Counted from the first letter of the stretch, positions 39,756-50,152 are shown. The stretch is DNA of 64,000 nucleotides from Cyanobacteria bacterium P01_A01_bin.123 (GCA_039815185.1 JBCBZT010000017.1:72348-136347); one strand, 5' to 3'. Notes: generated by a model from the sequence alone, not told the origin. Numbers and translations: made by a program.

Positions 39756-40523
39756 CTACTGGCCGTCGCCAGATAGCAAGAGAATGTCGTCGCTGCCGCT
39801 GTAGTTGCTGCCATCGGGCAAAATTGCGCCCTCTAGCTGCACGCCCGCTAGATTTGCCCCTTGAAAATTGGCGTCGGTTAAATCTGTGTAGCGCAAATCA
39901 GCCCCTTGCAGGTTTGCCCCTTGAAAATTGGCGTCGCGCAAAATTGCCCCGTAGAGACTCGCATTGGTTAACTCGGCATTTTGCAGTGTGGCGTTATTGA
40001 GTGCTGCTTCTCGCAGTTCTACTCCGGTCAAAATGGCTTGATCTAAATTGGCTTGAATCAGATTAATAGCCATCAGCTGCGATCGCGTTAAATCAGCCTG
40101 ACTCAAATTTGCCTTGCCAAAATCAGCGCCAATAGCCTTGACTTCGATCAGCTGAGCTGATTCAAGCTGGGCTTGATATAAAACCGCATTGACCAGCTGA
40201 CTTTGCGAAAAATTGGTCTGGGTCAAATTTGCCCGACTTAAATTGGTGCGGCTGAGATCAAGGTCGCTGAGATCTGCCCCAGCCAGACTACAGTCCATAC
40301 AGTTATTAGTTGCTTGTAGTTGATCGATCTGGCTAAGTTGCGCTGGCGCGATCGCCGCTGGTTCGATATTTGATTGATTGATCGTGGCAGTCTCGGTGGC
40401 AGTTTGAACTATTTCTTGAGGCTCAGATTCAGCCGACTCTTCAGCCTCAGACAAGGTATAAACTGCGATCGGCGCGATCGTAGCAGCGATCAGTCCGCCC
40501 AACAAAAAGGTATTGAAATTCAT
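39756..40523 (-). CDS. Exported/anchored pentapeptide repeat protein
   Basis: Hydrophobic N-terminus, CxxC (CMDC), then A(D/N)Lxx repeats ending in LPDG. Confidence 0.9.
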   Translation of the reverse strand: MNFNTFLLGGLIAATIAPIAVYTLSEAEESAESEPQEIVQTATETATINQSNIEPAAIAPAQLSQIDQLQATNNCMDCSLAGADLSDLDLSRTNLSRANLTQTNFSQSQLVNAVLYQAQLESAQLIEVKAIGADFGKANLSQADLTRSQLMAINLIQANLDQAILTGVELREAALNNATLQNAELTNASLYGAILRDANFQGANLQGADLRYTDLTDANFQGANLAGVQLEGAILPDGSNYSGSDDILLLSGDGQ

Positions 40524-40796
40524 GGTTCAAAATTGGATGACAATATGTAGCGCCTTGGGTTGGCTTTAAGACTACTTTATGGCGCTTGATATCTTCTTCG
40601 TAATTAGCCAGTTTTTCCCGAATACATCCCTTAAAAGTATTGTTAATCTTGACACTTTAAAGTTTGGGTAATTAGACCCAAACTTTACCCGATATTTAAA
40701 CTCATACAGGTTTAATACCTAGAAGAGTACGTATAATAAAGTAGTGCTCTAGCTGGTCAATATAAATAATCAGGGAAATACCCAGCTTAAACAACA

Positions 40797-40844
40797 TCTG
40801 ATGTGAAAACTTAGGTTTTGAGTTAGATAAAGCTGCGGACTCAG
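40797..40844 (+). repeat. Dispersed repeat family A, copy 5
   Basis: TCTGATGTGAAAACTTAGGTTTTGAGTTAGATAAAGCTGCGGACTCAG. Confidence 0.7.
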
Positions 40845-40969
40845 TGCGGGTCAAAATTTAGAGGATTGACGCGCTAAGCAACCGCTCGGAAATCCTCAAA
40901 TACTGATTTCAAAATGGTTGGTAGGAACCCATTTTATTCAGTGACGTTCTTTAATATTCGGGTTTGAAG

Positions 40970-41734
40970 ATGCAAAATTTCCCTGTTCGAAACATTTTTC
41001 TGCCAGCGACTTTAGTGGCAAGTGCTGTTTTTGCTGTATTCACTGTACCCGCTGCCTTGAGGCAAGCTAATAACGGGCTAATCAACACAATTCCTGTTTT
41101 GAATCGATCCGCATTTATGAGCTCAGACCGGATTCATAAAGACGTGGCAATTCCCTATATTGGTACTGCAATTGTGCTTAGCGCCGGGGCTGGCATCGTG
41201 ACTGCTGAGCTATCGCGTAAGCGGCATGCTGCTAGTCAAGAGACAGTGCTGCAACAAGCTGAGTTTGATTCATTTGAAGACATCAGCGTTGCTCCTGAAT
41301 CAGCTGTTTTTCCTATATCAAATCCTAAATTTGAATGGCCGACTGCTGAGACAACAGAGATAGCGCCCTCTGGGGAAAATAATTTTTGGGACTACAATTT
41401 TCCAGCGGATATGCCGGAAGCAACTTGGCCGGAAGCATCCACGGCTAAAACGCCAATCGAAACCGCTCAAGATGCTGACTATACGGTTGTGATTTTTCCA
41501 GGACAATATCAGCGTTGCCGGATTCAAGTATCCCATTCGCCAGAGCACTTATATGCCATTGAGTTTGATGAGAAGTTTTACAGCTTACTCAGTGCCGGTA
41601 TTGCTAAAGAACAAGCCCTGGCTGCAATCAAGCAGCTCAATCAAGAAGATCGCCCCGCTATCCTGACTCAGATGAACCAAGGCTATGCCGTTTGGATGCT
41701 GGAACCCCAAGCTCAGTTAGTCGCTGTGGCTTAA
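40970..41734 (+). CDS. Hypothetical membrane protein
   Basis: Two N-terminal hydrophobic segments, an acidic linker and a small globular C-terminal domain. Confidence 0.7.
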   Translation: MQNFPVRNIFLPATLVASAVFAVFTVPAALRQANNGLINTIPVLNRSAFMSSDRIHKDVAIPYIGTAIVLSAGAGIVTAELSRKRHAASQETVLQQAEFDSFEDISVAPESAVFPISNPKFEWPTAETTEIAPSGENNFWDYNFPADMPEATWPEASTAKTPIETAQDADYTVVIFPGQYQRCRIQVSHSPEHLYAIEFDEKFYSLLSAGIAKEQALAAIKQLNQEDRPAILTQMNQGYAVWMLEPQAQLVAVA

Positions 41735-41820
41735 CCAGAGAACACCGCTGCAAAACCGCTGCAAATTAGTTAAATCGATGTCAGCAATTGTCAACTAGAG
41801 AAACCTTCGGATGAAACGCT

Positions 41821-42906
41821 ATGAAAACTGAAGAATTTTGGCGTCAACATCAAACAGGAGATAGGAACTTTTGCAATCTAACTTTGACTGAATTTGACTT
41901 TAGTGGTTGCGATCTCTGTAATGCCAACTTTTGGCGGGCTAATCTCAGCAACGTCAACTTGAAAGAAGCTAGTTTGGTTGAGGCAGATCTTAGAGATGCC
42001 GTCTTAGAAAATGCTGATTTGAGTAAAGCTGACCTAAGTCGATCTAACCTGCGGGGAACCAATCTAACGGCGGCTCAGATTAGTGCAGCGAGTTTTCAAT
42101 ATGCTATCTATGACAGAATGACGCAGTTTCCCGCAGAGGTTGGCCCTTGGCAGGCTCAGGGATATTACATTGGCCCTTTAGCAGACTTAAGTAGTGCTCA
42201 ACTCAATGATGCACGGCTAGAGGGGGCTGATCTAGCTGGGGCAATCTTGAATAATGCTCAGCTGCGTTCGAGCAATCTCTTTGGGGCTTCCCTAAAACGG
42301 GCTCAGTTGATTGATGCTGATTTGAGACAAGCAAATTTATCTGAAGCCGATTTCAGCAATGCTAATTTGAAAGAAGCGAATCTAAAGCAAGCTGACTTAA
42401 GTTATGCCAATTTGCACAAAGCCAATCTAATTGGCGCCAACCTAGTCGGCGTTGAGCTCCAGGGAGCCAATTTGCAACAAGCCCTCTACGATGAAACCAC
42501 TCAGTTCCCAGAAACCTTTGACCCCCATACTTTAGGGATGCTTTGGATCGGGCCAGGAGCCTGCCTTTGGCAGGCGGATTTGAGTGGGGCTTGTTTGGCA
42601 GGTGCGAATTTGAGTGGTGCAGTGCTCATGGGCGCGAATTTGGCCAAGGCCGATTTGTGGGGCGCGAATTTGGCCAAGGCCGATTTGAGCAATGCAAATT
42701 TATCCCAAACTATTCTATGGGGAACCAACTTGCAGGAGACTGATCTCCGTAATGCAGTGCTGACTAAAACGGCTTTACAGGGCGTTGATTTAACCACAGC
42801 GATTTTAGACAGTGCTGATGTGCAGACTAAAATTGCTTTGCAGCGTGTTGATTCAACCACAACGGTGTTAGAAGGTGCTGATGTCGATCAGCGTGCAGTT
42901 GGGTGA
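41821..42906 (+). CDS. Pentapeptide repeat protein
   Basis: GDRNF start, with A(D/N)Lxx repeats interrupted by YD..TQFP segments. Confidence 0.9.
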   Translation: MKTEEFWRQHQTGDRNFCNLTLTEFDFSGCDLCNANFWRANLSNVNLKEASLVEADLRDAVLENADLSKADLSRSNLRGTNLTAAQISAASFQYAIYDRMTQFPAEVGPWQAQGYYIGPLADLSSAQLNDARLEGADLAGAILNNAQLRSSNLFGASLKRAQLIDADLRQANLSEADFSNANLKEANLKQADLSYANLHKANLIGANLVGVELQGANLQQALYDETTQFPETFDPHTLGMLWIGPGACLWQADLSGACLAGANLSGAVLMGANLAKADLWGANLAKADLSNANLSQTILWGTNLQETDLRNAVLTKTALQGVDLTTAILDSADVQTKIALQRVDSTTTVLEGADVDQRAVG

Positions 42907-43449
42907 TCACTTATTGATTGTGAAACAGAGTTTATGTCGTTTCAACGGCTCAATGCGCTTCAAAAGAGCTGGAACTGAACAGGAAACGAAGCGATTTAAC
43001 CTCTAAGATTTTGTTTTTAATGGTGAGTGGTTGTTATATTTTTATCCCTGTCTTCCCAGATCTCCTATCTTTCTGGGACAGAGTGGGTCGGTGTCAATAG
43101 TTCGGTGTAAATAGGGAGAGCGCTTCAACCCACGACACATACCCCAAGGGGATGGGTTGCCTGTACTATCGAAGACGCCATGTAAACCGATAAGCTATCA
43201 ACTGCCTCCTTTTTGGCACATACAACCGCTGTTGAGGGGGGATATTTTTGGGGTGGCTATCTCGGCCGAGGGGTGATAAATTAAGCTTATTTACTGATAG
43301 ATTAAGCTTAATTGCGGAGGCTCAAGGCGCTTAAGTCATTAATTAAGTGCAATCTGTAACTTTCTATACCGTTTCCTACGAGGACTCGGAAGAGTGTTAA
43401 ATCAGGGGTTGTTGTCCCATACCACCTTTTACGGAGAACGTCCGGGATT

Positions 43450-44484
43450 ATGTCTACTAAGCCTATTACGCCTATATTGATGATTGGTACTCAGCGCTCA
43501 GGCTCAAACCTAATGCGGCTGATGCTAAACCAAATTCCAGCTATTGAAGCGCCCCACCCCCCCCATATTTTGCAGAGACTGATGCCGTTGCTGCCGACTT
43601 ATGGGGATTTGTCTGATCCCGCCATGTTCAGTTTGCTGGTTGATGATGTTTGCCAGCTCATCGAACTTAATCCTGTGCCATGGGATGGCGTTGTTTTAGA
43701 TCGAGGAGACATTGCCTCTCGATGCACTCAGAATTCTCTAGTGGCAGTATTTTCAGCGGTTTACGACGTTTTGGCGGAAACTCGCGGGGCGGAAATGTGG
43801 TGTTGCAAAAGCTTAGCTAACGTTCATTACGTCTCTGAGATTAACGATTACCTTGCCGATGCAAAATACCTTTACCTGTATCGGGATGGTAGGGATGTTG
43901 CGGTTTCGTTTAAGAAGGCAGTTGTCGGTCAAAAGCATTTTTATCACATTGCTCAAGAGTGGGCTAAAGCCCAGCGTGCAGCGTTGAAGATGCGCCACAA
44001 ATTTGATCAAAGTCAGTTCTTTAGCATCAGCTATGAGACGCTTACTGGCAATCCGGAGCAGTCACTTCAGGATCTTTGTGCCTTCTTGAATGTGGACTAC
44101 CACCCCGATATGCTGAACTTCCATGAGTCGACTGAAGCGAAAAGTACGGCATCTTCAAGTTCCCTTTGGAACAATGTGACTAAGCCAGTCATGAACCAGA
44201 ACACCCGCAAGTTCTTGAAGCAGGCTTCTGAAGAGGAAGTCAAGATTTTTGAGCTAGTTGCCGGGGATGTTTTAGATGAGTTGGGTTACGAGCGCACCCA
44301 AACCTCTTCATCGGATGTGGCTAGTTTTAGTGCTGAGGAAATTGCTCAGTTTGATGCCGAAAACCAGCAGCTGAAAGCGCAAACTAAAGAGACGATGGAT
44401 GCGGAGGATCGGGAACGCCGCAGTCGGCAGGCAGCTTTACTGACCGTGATTAAGGAACGCAGCTCAGTAGCAGCCGTCAGTTAA
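43450..44484 (+). CDS. PAPS-dependent sulfotransferase
   Basis: 5'-PSB loop GTQRSGSN, 3'-PB RDGRDVAVS, and SYETLTGNPE..L..LC.FL. No signal peptide. Confidence 0.9.
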   Translation: MSTKPITPILMIGTQRSGSNLMRLMLNQIPAIEAPHPPHILQRLMPLLPTYGDLSDPAMFSLLVDDVCQLIELNPVPWDGVVLDRGDIASRCTQNSLVAVFSAVYDVLAETRGAEMWCCKSLANVHYVSEINDYLADAKYLYLYRDGRDVAVSFKKAVVGQKHFYHIAQEWAKAQRAALKMRHKFDQSQFFSISYETLTGNPEQSLQDLCAFLNVDYHPDMLNFHESTEAKSTASSSSLWNNVTKPVMNQNTRKFLKQASEEEVKIFELVAGDVLDELGYERTQTSSSDVASFSAEEIAQFDAENQQLKAQTKETMDAEDRERRSRQAALLTVIKERSSVAAVS

Positions 44485-44508
44485 GGCCCTCTGAGCGATA
44501 TTAAAGCG

Positions 44509-44539
44509 GCTGAGCTGAGGTGGAGCATCTCAGCTCAGT
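44509..44539 (+). terminator. Intercistronic hairpin
   Basis: CTGAGCTGAGGTG-GAG-CATCTCAGCTCAG with a weak U tail. It may be a stability or partial termination element. Confidence 0.45.
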
Positions 44540-44580
44540 TGCTTGGTTAGTCAAAAGCAAACCTTATCTGCCACTTTTCT

Positions 44581-45867
44581 ATGACTCAGGATCCTATTGT
44601 CACCCAGTCCCAGGAGCCAGTCGCATCTGTTCAACCGCAGGAGACGGTGACCCTAAGCTATCTGTTTTGGACGTTTCTAAAAATCGGCAGTACTGCCTTC
44701 GGTGGATTCATGTCGCTGGTATCAGTCGTGGAAAGCTTCGTTGTTCAGCGGCGTCAGCTGATGACCCACGAAGACATGCTAGACGGAATTTCTCTGGCTG
44801 CTGTTCTGCCTGGGCCGATGGCCGCTAACGTCATTGCCTATGTTGGCTACCGTATTCGTGGCGTTTGGGGAGCCGTGGTCACTAGCGTGGGTTCCCTACT
44901 GACGTCCTACGTGATTATTTTGGTCTTTTCGATTTACGCTAAGCAGTTTGAATCAATTCCGGTGGTCGAAAAGGCCTTTATGGCTTTTATCCCGGCAATG
45001 GTTGCGATCATTCTGGCGGCTGCTTGGCGCATGGGTAAGAAGACAATTAAATCGGTACGCAACTGGCGGGCTATTTCAATCGCCGTGGTTTCAGCGGTGT
45101 TGTTAAAGTTTGTCGGTGGCTTTTATACAACGCTGCTGATTGTTTTGGGGTCGGGTGTTTTGGGCTACTTTTGGTATCACAGCGATGTAAAGGCTCAGGC
45201 ATCGTCTGATGCTGGGACGAGTTCACCTCCCCAATCCCAGTTGTCTAAGATCGACGTCATTGCATCGTTTGTATTTTTGAGCTGCTTTTTGATTTTGTAC
45301 ATCGTGCCGTTGCCGTTTATCAGCGACGATAGCCTGGCGCGGTTGTTCATTACCTTTTCGGGGATGAGTCTGCTGCTGTTTGGCAGTGGCTATGTCTTTA
45401 TTCCGATGATTCAAGAGTTGGTGGTGAACACCTATGATTGGATCTCTCAGCCGGAATTTATCAACGCGATCGCGCTTGGTCAGCTTACCCCAGGCCCGAT
45501 CTTGATTAGTGCTGCCGCTGTTGGCTATTCCGTCAAAGGTTTCTTAGGTTCGCTGGTGGCTACGTTCGGTATCTTTTTCCCCCCGGCGATGCTGATGTTG
45601 ACCTGCTCTAATCTGCTGGACAACATTAAGCAGTCAACCGTGATTCAAGCTGCTTTGAAGGGCATTCGCCCAGCGGTTGTGGGTCTAATTTTTATGGCAG
45701 GCATAGCGTTTGCCCAACCCGTACTGGCGCTGGGGCAATCTACGGCAACGTACTTGGTTACAGCATTGCTTTTCGCAGGTTCTATGTTTGCACTGCTGAA
45801 GTGGAAAGTTGAAGTAGTGCTGATTATTCCAATTGCGGGTGCGATTGGCGTACTCCTCTATCCGTAG
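44581..45867 (+). CDS. chrA: Chromate ion transporter (CHR) family, long-chain bidomain
   Basis: KIGSTAFGG..LPGP in the first half and LLFGSGY..QLTPGP in the second half. Confidence 0.9.
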   Translation: MTQDPIVTQSQEPVASVQPQETVTLSYLFWTFLKIGSTAFGGFMSLVSVVESFVVQRRQLMTHEDMLDGISLAAVLPGPMAANVIAYVGYRIRGVWGAVVTSVGSLLTSYVIILVFSIYAKQFESIPVVEKAFMAFIPAMVAIILAAAWRMGKKTIKSVRNWRAISIAVVSAVLLKFVGGFYTTLLIVLGSGVLGYFWYHSDVKAQASSDAGTSSPPQSQLSKIDVIASFVFLSCFLILYIVPLPFISDDSLARLFITFSGMSLLLFGSGYVFIPMIQELVVNTYDWISQPEFINAIALGQLTPGPILISAAAVGYSVKGFLGSLVATFGIFFPPAMLMLTCSNLLDNIKQSTVIQAALKGIRPAVVGLIFMAGIAFAQPVLALGQSTATYLVTALLFAGSMFALLKWKVEVVLIIPIAGAIGVLLYP

Positions 45868-45869
45868 CC

Positions 45870-46307
45870 TTAGATTTCGCTGAGTGCTCGCCACGTCGTG
45901 GGACTGACCGTTCCGTCTATGGGCAGATTATAGTCTGCCTGAAAGCGCTGGACTGCCAGGTGTGTCTTTAGCCCAAATTGGCCGTCAACGGCCCCGACGT
46001 AGTAGAGATCGATGGAAAGTAATTCCTGGATTGCTGTCACTGCATTGCCTTGGCATCCCTGGCGCAAGGTGGGCATGCCGACCGGGGTATCGGTGTAGAG
46101 CGCTTGCCAAGTGAGGGGGCCAACCACACCATCTGGGTTCAAGAACATGTGCGATTGAAAGCTCTTGACGGCAATCTCGGTTTCATAGTCAAAATGCCCT
46201 GTATGGGCAAGGGGCCTGAGCTTTTGACTTAAACGTTGCTGTAGTCTAATTACGGTTGGGTGATTCGATCCCAGTTTTAATATTGTTTTTGAAGTTACGT
46301 TAATCAT
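45870..46307 (-). CDS. Peptidoglycan-binding domain protein (two PG_binding_1 repeats)
   Basis: LKLGS..V..LQ..FD..T..AVKSFQ..DGVVG..TW pattern occurs twice. Confidence 0.9.
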   Translation of the reverse strand: MINVTSKTILKLGSNHPTVIRLQQRLSQKLRPLAHTGHFDYETEIAVKSFQSHMFLNPDGVVGPLTWQALYTDTPVGMPTLRQGCQGNAVTAIQELLSIDLYYVGAVDGQFGLKTHLAVQRFQADYNLPIDGTVSPTTWRALSEI

Positions 46308-46671
46308 TGGTTATTGTTGTGATCTGTAATCAGGCTACTTCAGTGCTCAAGTCGCCAAGATTTTAGAAACAAAGAAGACTCGACTTGGCACGGAGGCTCG
46401 AAACGATAAAATACAGAAGTTCTTATATCGTTACAATTTGCTTGGACTGGATTGAAAAAGTGGAGGAATGAGCACTCTTCCGATCGTATAGCGGTTTGCG
46501 AAATTGCCTCAACGACGGATTTTAACCCTATTGCAAATGCAAAAGAGCTATTGAAAAGATACCCCTGAATCTATTTATGATTATCTAGGCTAATTGCTGT
46601 CAATCCGTCGGAACTTCAGTAAGTTTACAAATGCTTTTAGTATAGGTTCACAAAGTTTTGAGGCGTGAGGC

Positions 46672-49600
46672 TTAACGCTTGGTGCTAATGCGGGCTGCGA
46701 TCGCGCCTAGCAGTTCTTGCTCCAGATAAGGTTTTGTGAAGTAATCGACTGCTCCGAGTTTCATCGCTAACCACCGATGTTTATCGTTACCCCTTGAGGT
46801 CAACATCATTGTGGGAATTTCGGCAAATTGTGGCGTTTCTCGGCGCTTAGTCAGGAATTCAAAGCCGTTCATGTTGGGCATTTCCACATCGCAGACAATC
46901 AGCTGAATGGCTTGATTTCGGGCTAGCTGCTCTAGGGCTTCTTGTCCGTCACGGGCCTGGAGTACCCGATATCCGGCTCGCTCTAAGGACAGTGCCAGGG
47001 TGCGGCGGAGGGTGACGGCATCGTCGACCACCAGCACCGTTGTGGCTTGCAGCATCTGAATATCGGGACTGTCGGAGCGATCGGCGACATTTTGTTTGGC
47101 TAGGACTGCCAGGGCCTCTAGCTCGGCATTGGATTCGGCGGCATGGGATGGGGTGGGCAGGCAGCGCTTGATGATGTCGTCTATGAAAACAGGGCCGTCA
47201 ATCACGGGCACCAGATTGCCGTCTCCTAGGACGGTGCAGCCGTAAGCGAAGATTGGCGGCTTGATGGCGGTGCCGAAGGGCTTCACGACCATCTCTTGTT
47301 CTGTGACCAAGCGATCGACCTGCAGCGCAAAGGCCTGTTCTCCTCGGGTTAGCACTAGCATCGGGGCTTCCCAATTGGTCGGTGTTGGTACGGTGGCTAG
47401 AACGCGACTGGGCGGCATTTCTGGTACAAAGCAGTTGTACTTTAATAGCGTTGATAGGTCGTAGACCGAAATATCCTTTCCCCGCCAGGAGAGAAACTGC
47501 TGCGAACCAACTGCTTGGAGCTGATTGGGTTTAGGCACCAGAATTTCCTGGATACTGTCACTGCGGATCGCTAAGGGGGTAGCGCCGACAAAGCAGATCA
47601 GCAGGTTGATGATAGTCAAAGTCAGGGGCAAGGTGAGGGTAAAGACACTGCCCTCTCCCGGTGATGAGGTGACGGTGATAGAACCGTTGAGAGACTGAAG
47701 CTGGTCGCGGACGATATCAAGGCCAACCCCGCGACCGGATAGTTCACTGACCTGCTGGGCCGTTGAGAAGCCGGGCTCAAAAATAAATTGGCTCAGGCGT
47801 GCTTCACTACAGGTGTTAGCTGTTTCAGCGTTGAGCCAGCCTCGCTCTACGGCGCGATCGCGAATCCGCGCAAAGTTCAGACCTTGGCCGTCATCGCGCA
47901 CCTCAATGACCACCTGACGACCCTCATAACGGGCCTGGATGGCGATTTGACCGATCTCTGGTTTGCCTGTCTGTTGTCGCAGCTCAGGGGGCTCAATGCC
48001 GTGGTCAAAGCTATTGCGTAATAGCTGCACCAAGGGGTCATAAAGCTTAGCCAAAACAGCCTTGTCCACTAGAATATCGGTGCCGCTGAGCTGGAGATTG
48101 ACCGCCTTATGATAAGTACTTGACAGATCGCGCAGCACCCTTGGAAACCGATTCAGCACCTGCTCTAGGGGAATCATCCGGGCCCACATCAGCTCATCCT
48201 GCATCTGGGAGAGCATTTTGCGGTGGCGACCCAGTGATTGATGCGATTGGTAGCTAAACAGGGAGAGATCTTCGACGGCTTCCTCTAGCTGTACGATTTC
48301 TTCCAGAAGGGTTTGGGTTTGGGCATGCACCTGGGTGTAGCTGTCCATTTCAAGGGAATCAAAGTTGTCTTCGCGGCTGGGGCTGTTGGTCACCGAACCG
48401 TTGACCGCTAAACGAGCCTGTCGCCGTTCTGGTGCGATCAGCATCTGATCTGAGAGGATCCGCAAGCTCTCGACAATCTCTTGAAATCGATTAAAGCGAC
48501 CGAGCAAGTCTTTGATTGACCCGCGCAGTTGATTGTTTTGCAGGTCTAACCCATTGCGATTAATGGTCAACTCACCGAGCAAGTTGTTCATCTGGTTCAG
48601 CCGTGCGGCTTCTACCCGCACAGTTAAGCCCGGGACGACTGGTTCAGAGGTTACCCTGGATTGAGTTTGAGGCGGGAGAGCGGCTGGAACCACTGTCTGA
48701 CCAGAAGTGTCGTCTTCAACAGAGGCGGCTTCAACAGAAGCGGCTTCATTGGGTGCTATGGCTGTGCCTTCTGCGGCCTCGCTAGCGGCGACATCAGCCC
48801 CTTCATCAAGGGCAATGTTAGCCCCTTCATCAGCAAAGGCCAGCGCATCGAGATCTGCGATCGCGCTTAACTCGCTGAACACTTGTCCAAATAGATTGGC
48901 ATCCCCTTCTGGGTCGCTCTCTGGGTCGCTCTCTGGGGTGATGTTATCAGGGGTGACTTCTGGCGTGACCTCTAAAGCGATATCTGGCGTAACTTCTAAT
49001 GGGACGACATTGGGTACGTCGTCGCTGGTGGCTAGTTGATCAAATAACCCTAGTGCGGCAAGCAATCGCTCTCGATCGATGCCCTCGCCGAGTTGGCCAA
49101 GCAGTTCCGTTGCCTCGTCAAGGGACCAGTCTGTTTCCCCAGTGGTAGCAATTTGATCACTAGCCCCTGCCGCCAGGGTTAACAAGGCTTCCGAGGGCGT
49201 TCCCCCCTGAGAAGCGGGTTGACTCAGGATATCAGTGCGACCGGCACGAAAATCATCTAGAGCCAGTTGGGCAATTTCAAGGGCTTGATCCGGATAGCGA
49301 TCGAGGGCTTGAACCGCCGCCGTTGCGATCGCGCCAAAGCCCGATAAATCCAGCAACTCTGCAAAGCCACTAAACACTTCCGCCTGAGCCCGCAGTTCTC
49401 CGGCGACCTCCTGATTGGAGGGATTGGCAATGACAGCAGCAAGGCGATCTAGGCCTTCCGCCACATCTATCTCAAAAATAGATTGGGCCATGCTCATGCC
49501 GAGGTCTTCGGAACTGGGAATAAAATCGGCTGTTGCCGCAATCGCATCGCTACACTGCACTTCTAGCTGGCTGAGAATTGGGTCGGCAGCCTCCAGCGCC

Positions 49601-49950
49601 TGCTGTGCATCAAACTGACCCTGCTGCAACTGCGTTATCAGCGGCAAGCGCAGACAGTCATAGGCCTGCAATAGCTGAGTTTCCAACTCAGTGTTGATTT
49701 CAATCGTGTCGCTGTAAAGGGCCTTAAAAATTGTTTCGAGGCGGTGGGCAATGGTTTTGATCGAATCTAGCCCAACACTCGCCGAACCGCCTTTGAGGGA
49801 GTGAGCCGCCCGCATAATACTGTGGATCGTGGCAGTATCCCGCGCTTGCCTTAGCGACAGCAGACCTGATTCAATCTCCTGGAGCAGCTCAGGAGCCTCT
49901 TCTATGAAAAACTGATAGGCCTGATCACGAATATCAGAATTAATAGTCAT
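46672..49950 (-). CDS. cheA: Hybrid CheA-like histidine kinase, operon 2
   Basis: AAHSLKG, QLLRNSFDHG, DDGQG, SGRGVGLDIV, CheW domain, and REC VDDA..CDVEMP. Confidence 0.95.
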   Translation of the reverse strand: MTINSDIRDQAYQFFIEEAPELLQEIESGLLSLRQARDTATIHSIMRAAHSLKGGSASVGLDSIKTIAHRLETIFKALYSDTIEINTELETQLLQAYDCLRLPLITQLQQGQFDAQQALEAADPILSQLEVQCSDAIAATADFIPSSEDLGMSMAQSIFEIDVAEGLDRLAAVIANPSNQEVAGELRAQAEVFSGFAELLDLSGFGAIATAAVQALDRYPDQALEIAQLALDDFRAGRTDILSQPASQGGTPSEALLTLAAGASDQIATTGETDWSLDEATELLGQLGEGIDRERLLAALGLFDQLATSDDVPNVVPLEVTPDIALEVTPEVTPDNITPESDPESDPEGDANLFGQVFSELSAIADLDALAFADEGANIALDEGADVAASEAAEGTAIAPNEAASVEAASVEDDTSGQTVVPAALPPQTQSRVTSEPVVPGLTVRVEAARLNQMNNLLGELTINRNGLDLQNNQLRGSIKDLLGRFNRFQEIVESLRILSDQMLIAPERRQARLAVNGSVTNSPSREDNFDSLEMDSYTQVHAQTQTLLEEIVQLEEAVEDLSLFSYQSHQSLGRHRKMLSQMQDELMWARMIPLEQVLNRFPRVLRDLSSTYHKAVNLQLSGTDILVDKAVLAKLYDPLVQLLRNSFDHGIEPPELRQQTGKPEIGQIAIQARYEGRQVVIEVRDDGQGLNFARIRDRAVERGWLNAETANTCSEARLSQFIFEPGFSTAQQVSELSGRGVGLDIVRDQLQSLNGSITVTSSPGEGSVFTLTLPLTLTIINLLICFVGATPLAIRSDSIQEILVPKPNQLQAVGSQQFLSWRGKDISVYDLSTLLKYNCFVPEMPPSRVLATVPTPTNWEAPMLVLTRGEQAFALQVDRLVTEQEMVVKPFGTAIKPPIFAYGCTVLGDGNLVPVIDGPVFIDDIIKRCLPTPSHAAESNAELEALAVLAKQNVADRSDSPDIQMLQATTVLVVDDAVTLRRTLALSLERAGYRVLQARDGQEALEQLARNQAIQLIVCDVEMPNMNGFEFLTKRRETPQFAEIPTMMLTSRGNDKHRWLAMKLGAVDYFTKPYLEQELLGAIAARISTKR

Positions 49951-50152
49951 AACTCTTTGAAATTTAGGGGGGGCTGACTCAAGCTGGAAGATTGCGGTGA
50001 GAAGGAAATTTAGACTTTAGACGTTACAAGAGGGCTTAATACTGTTCGATTCATTAGGAGGGCATGTGAGCAGGGGAAGAGCAACAAGACTGATCTGCCC
50101 CCTGCCTCTCAATGTCTGACGCATTCAAATAGATCGCCTAGGTCGCCAAAAC

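Noticed and set aside
42631..42687. 30-bp period DNA repeat in pentapeptide gene
   Set aside because: Explained by the pentapeptide repeat coding pattern.
43040..43270. Possible ncRNA or c-di-GMP riboswitch before the sulfotransferase
   Set aside because: Only short scattered stems (e.g. CCCAGA/TCTGGG), with no GEMM or class II consensus recognised.
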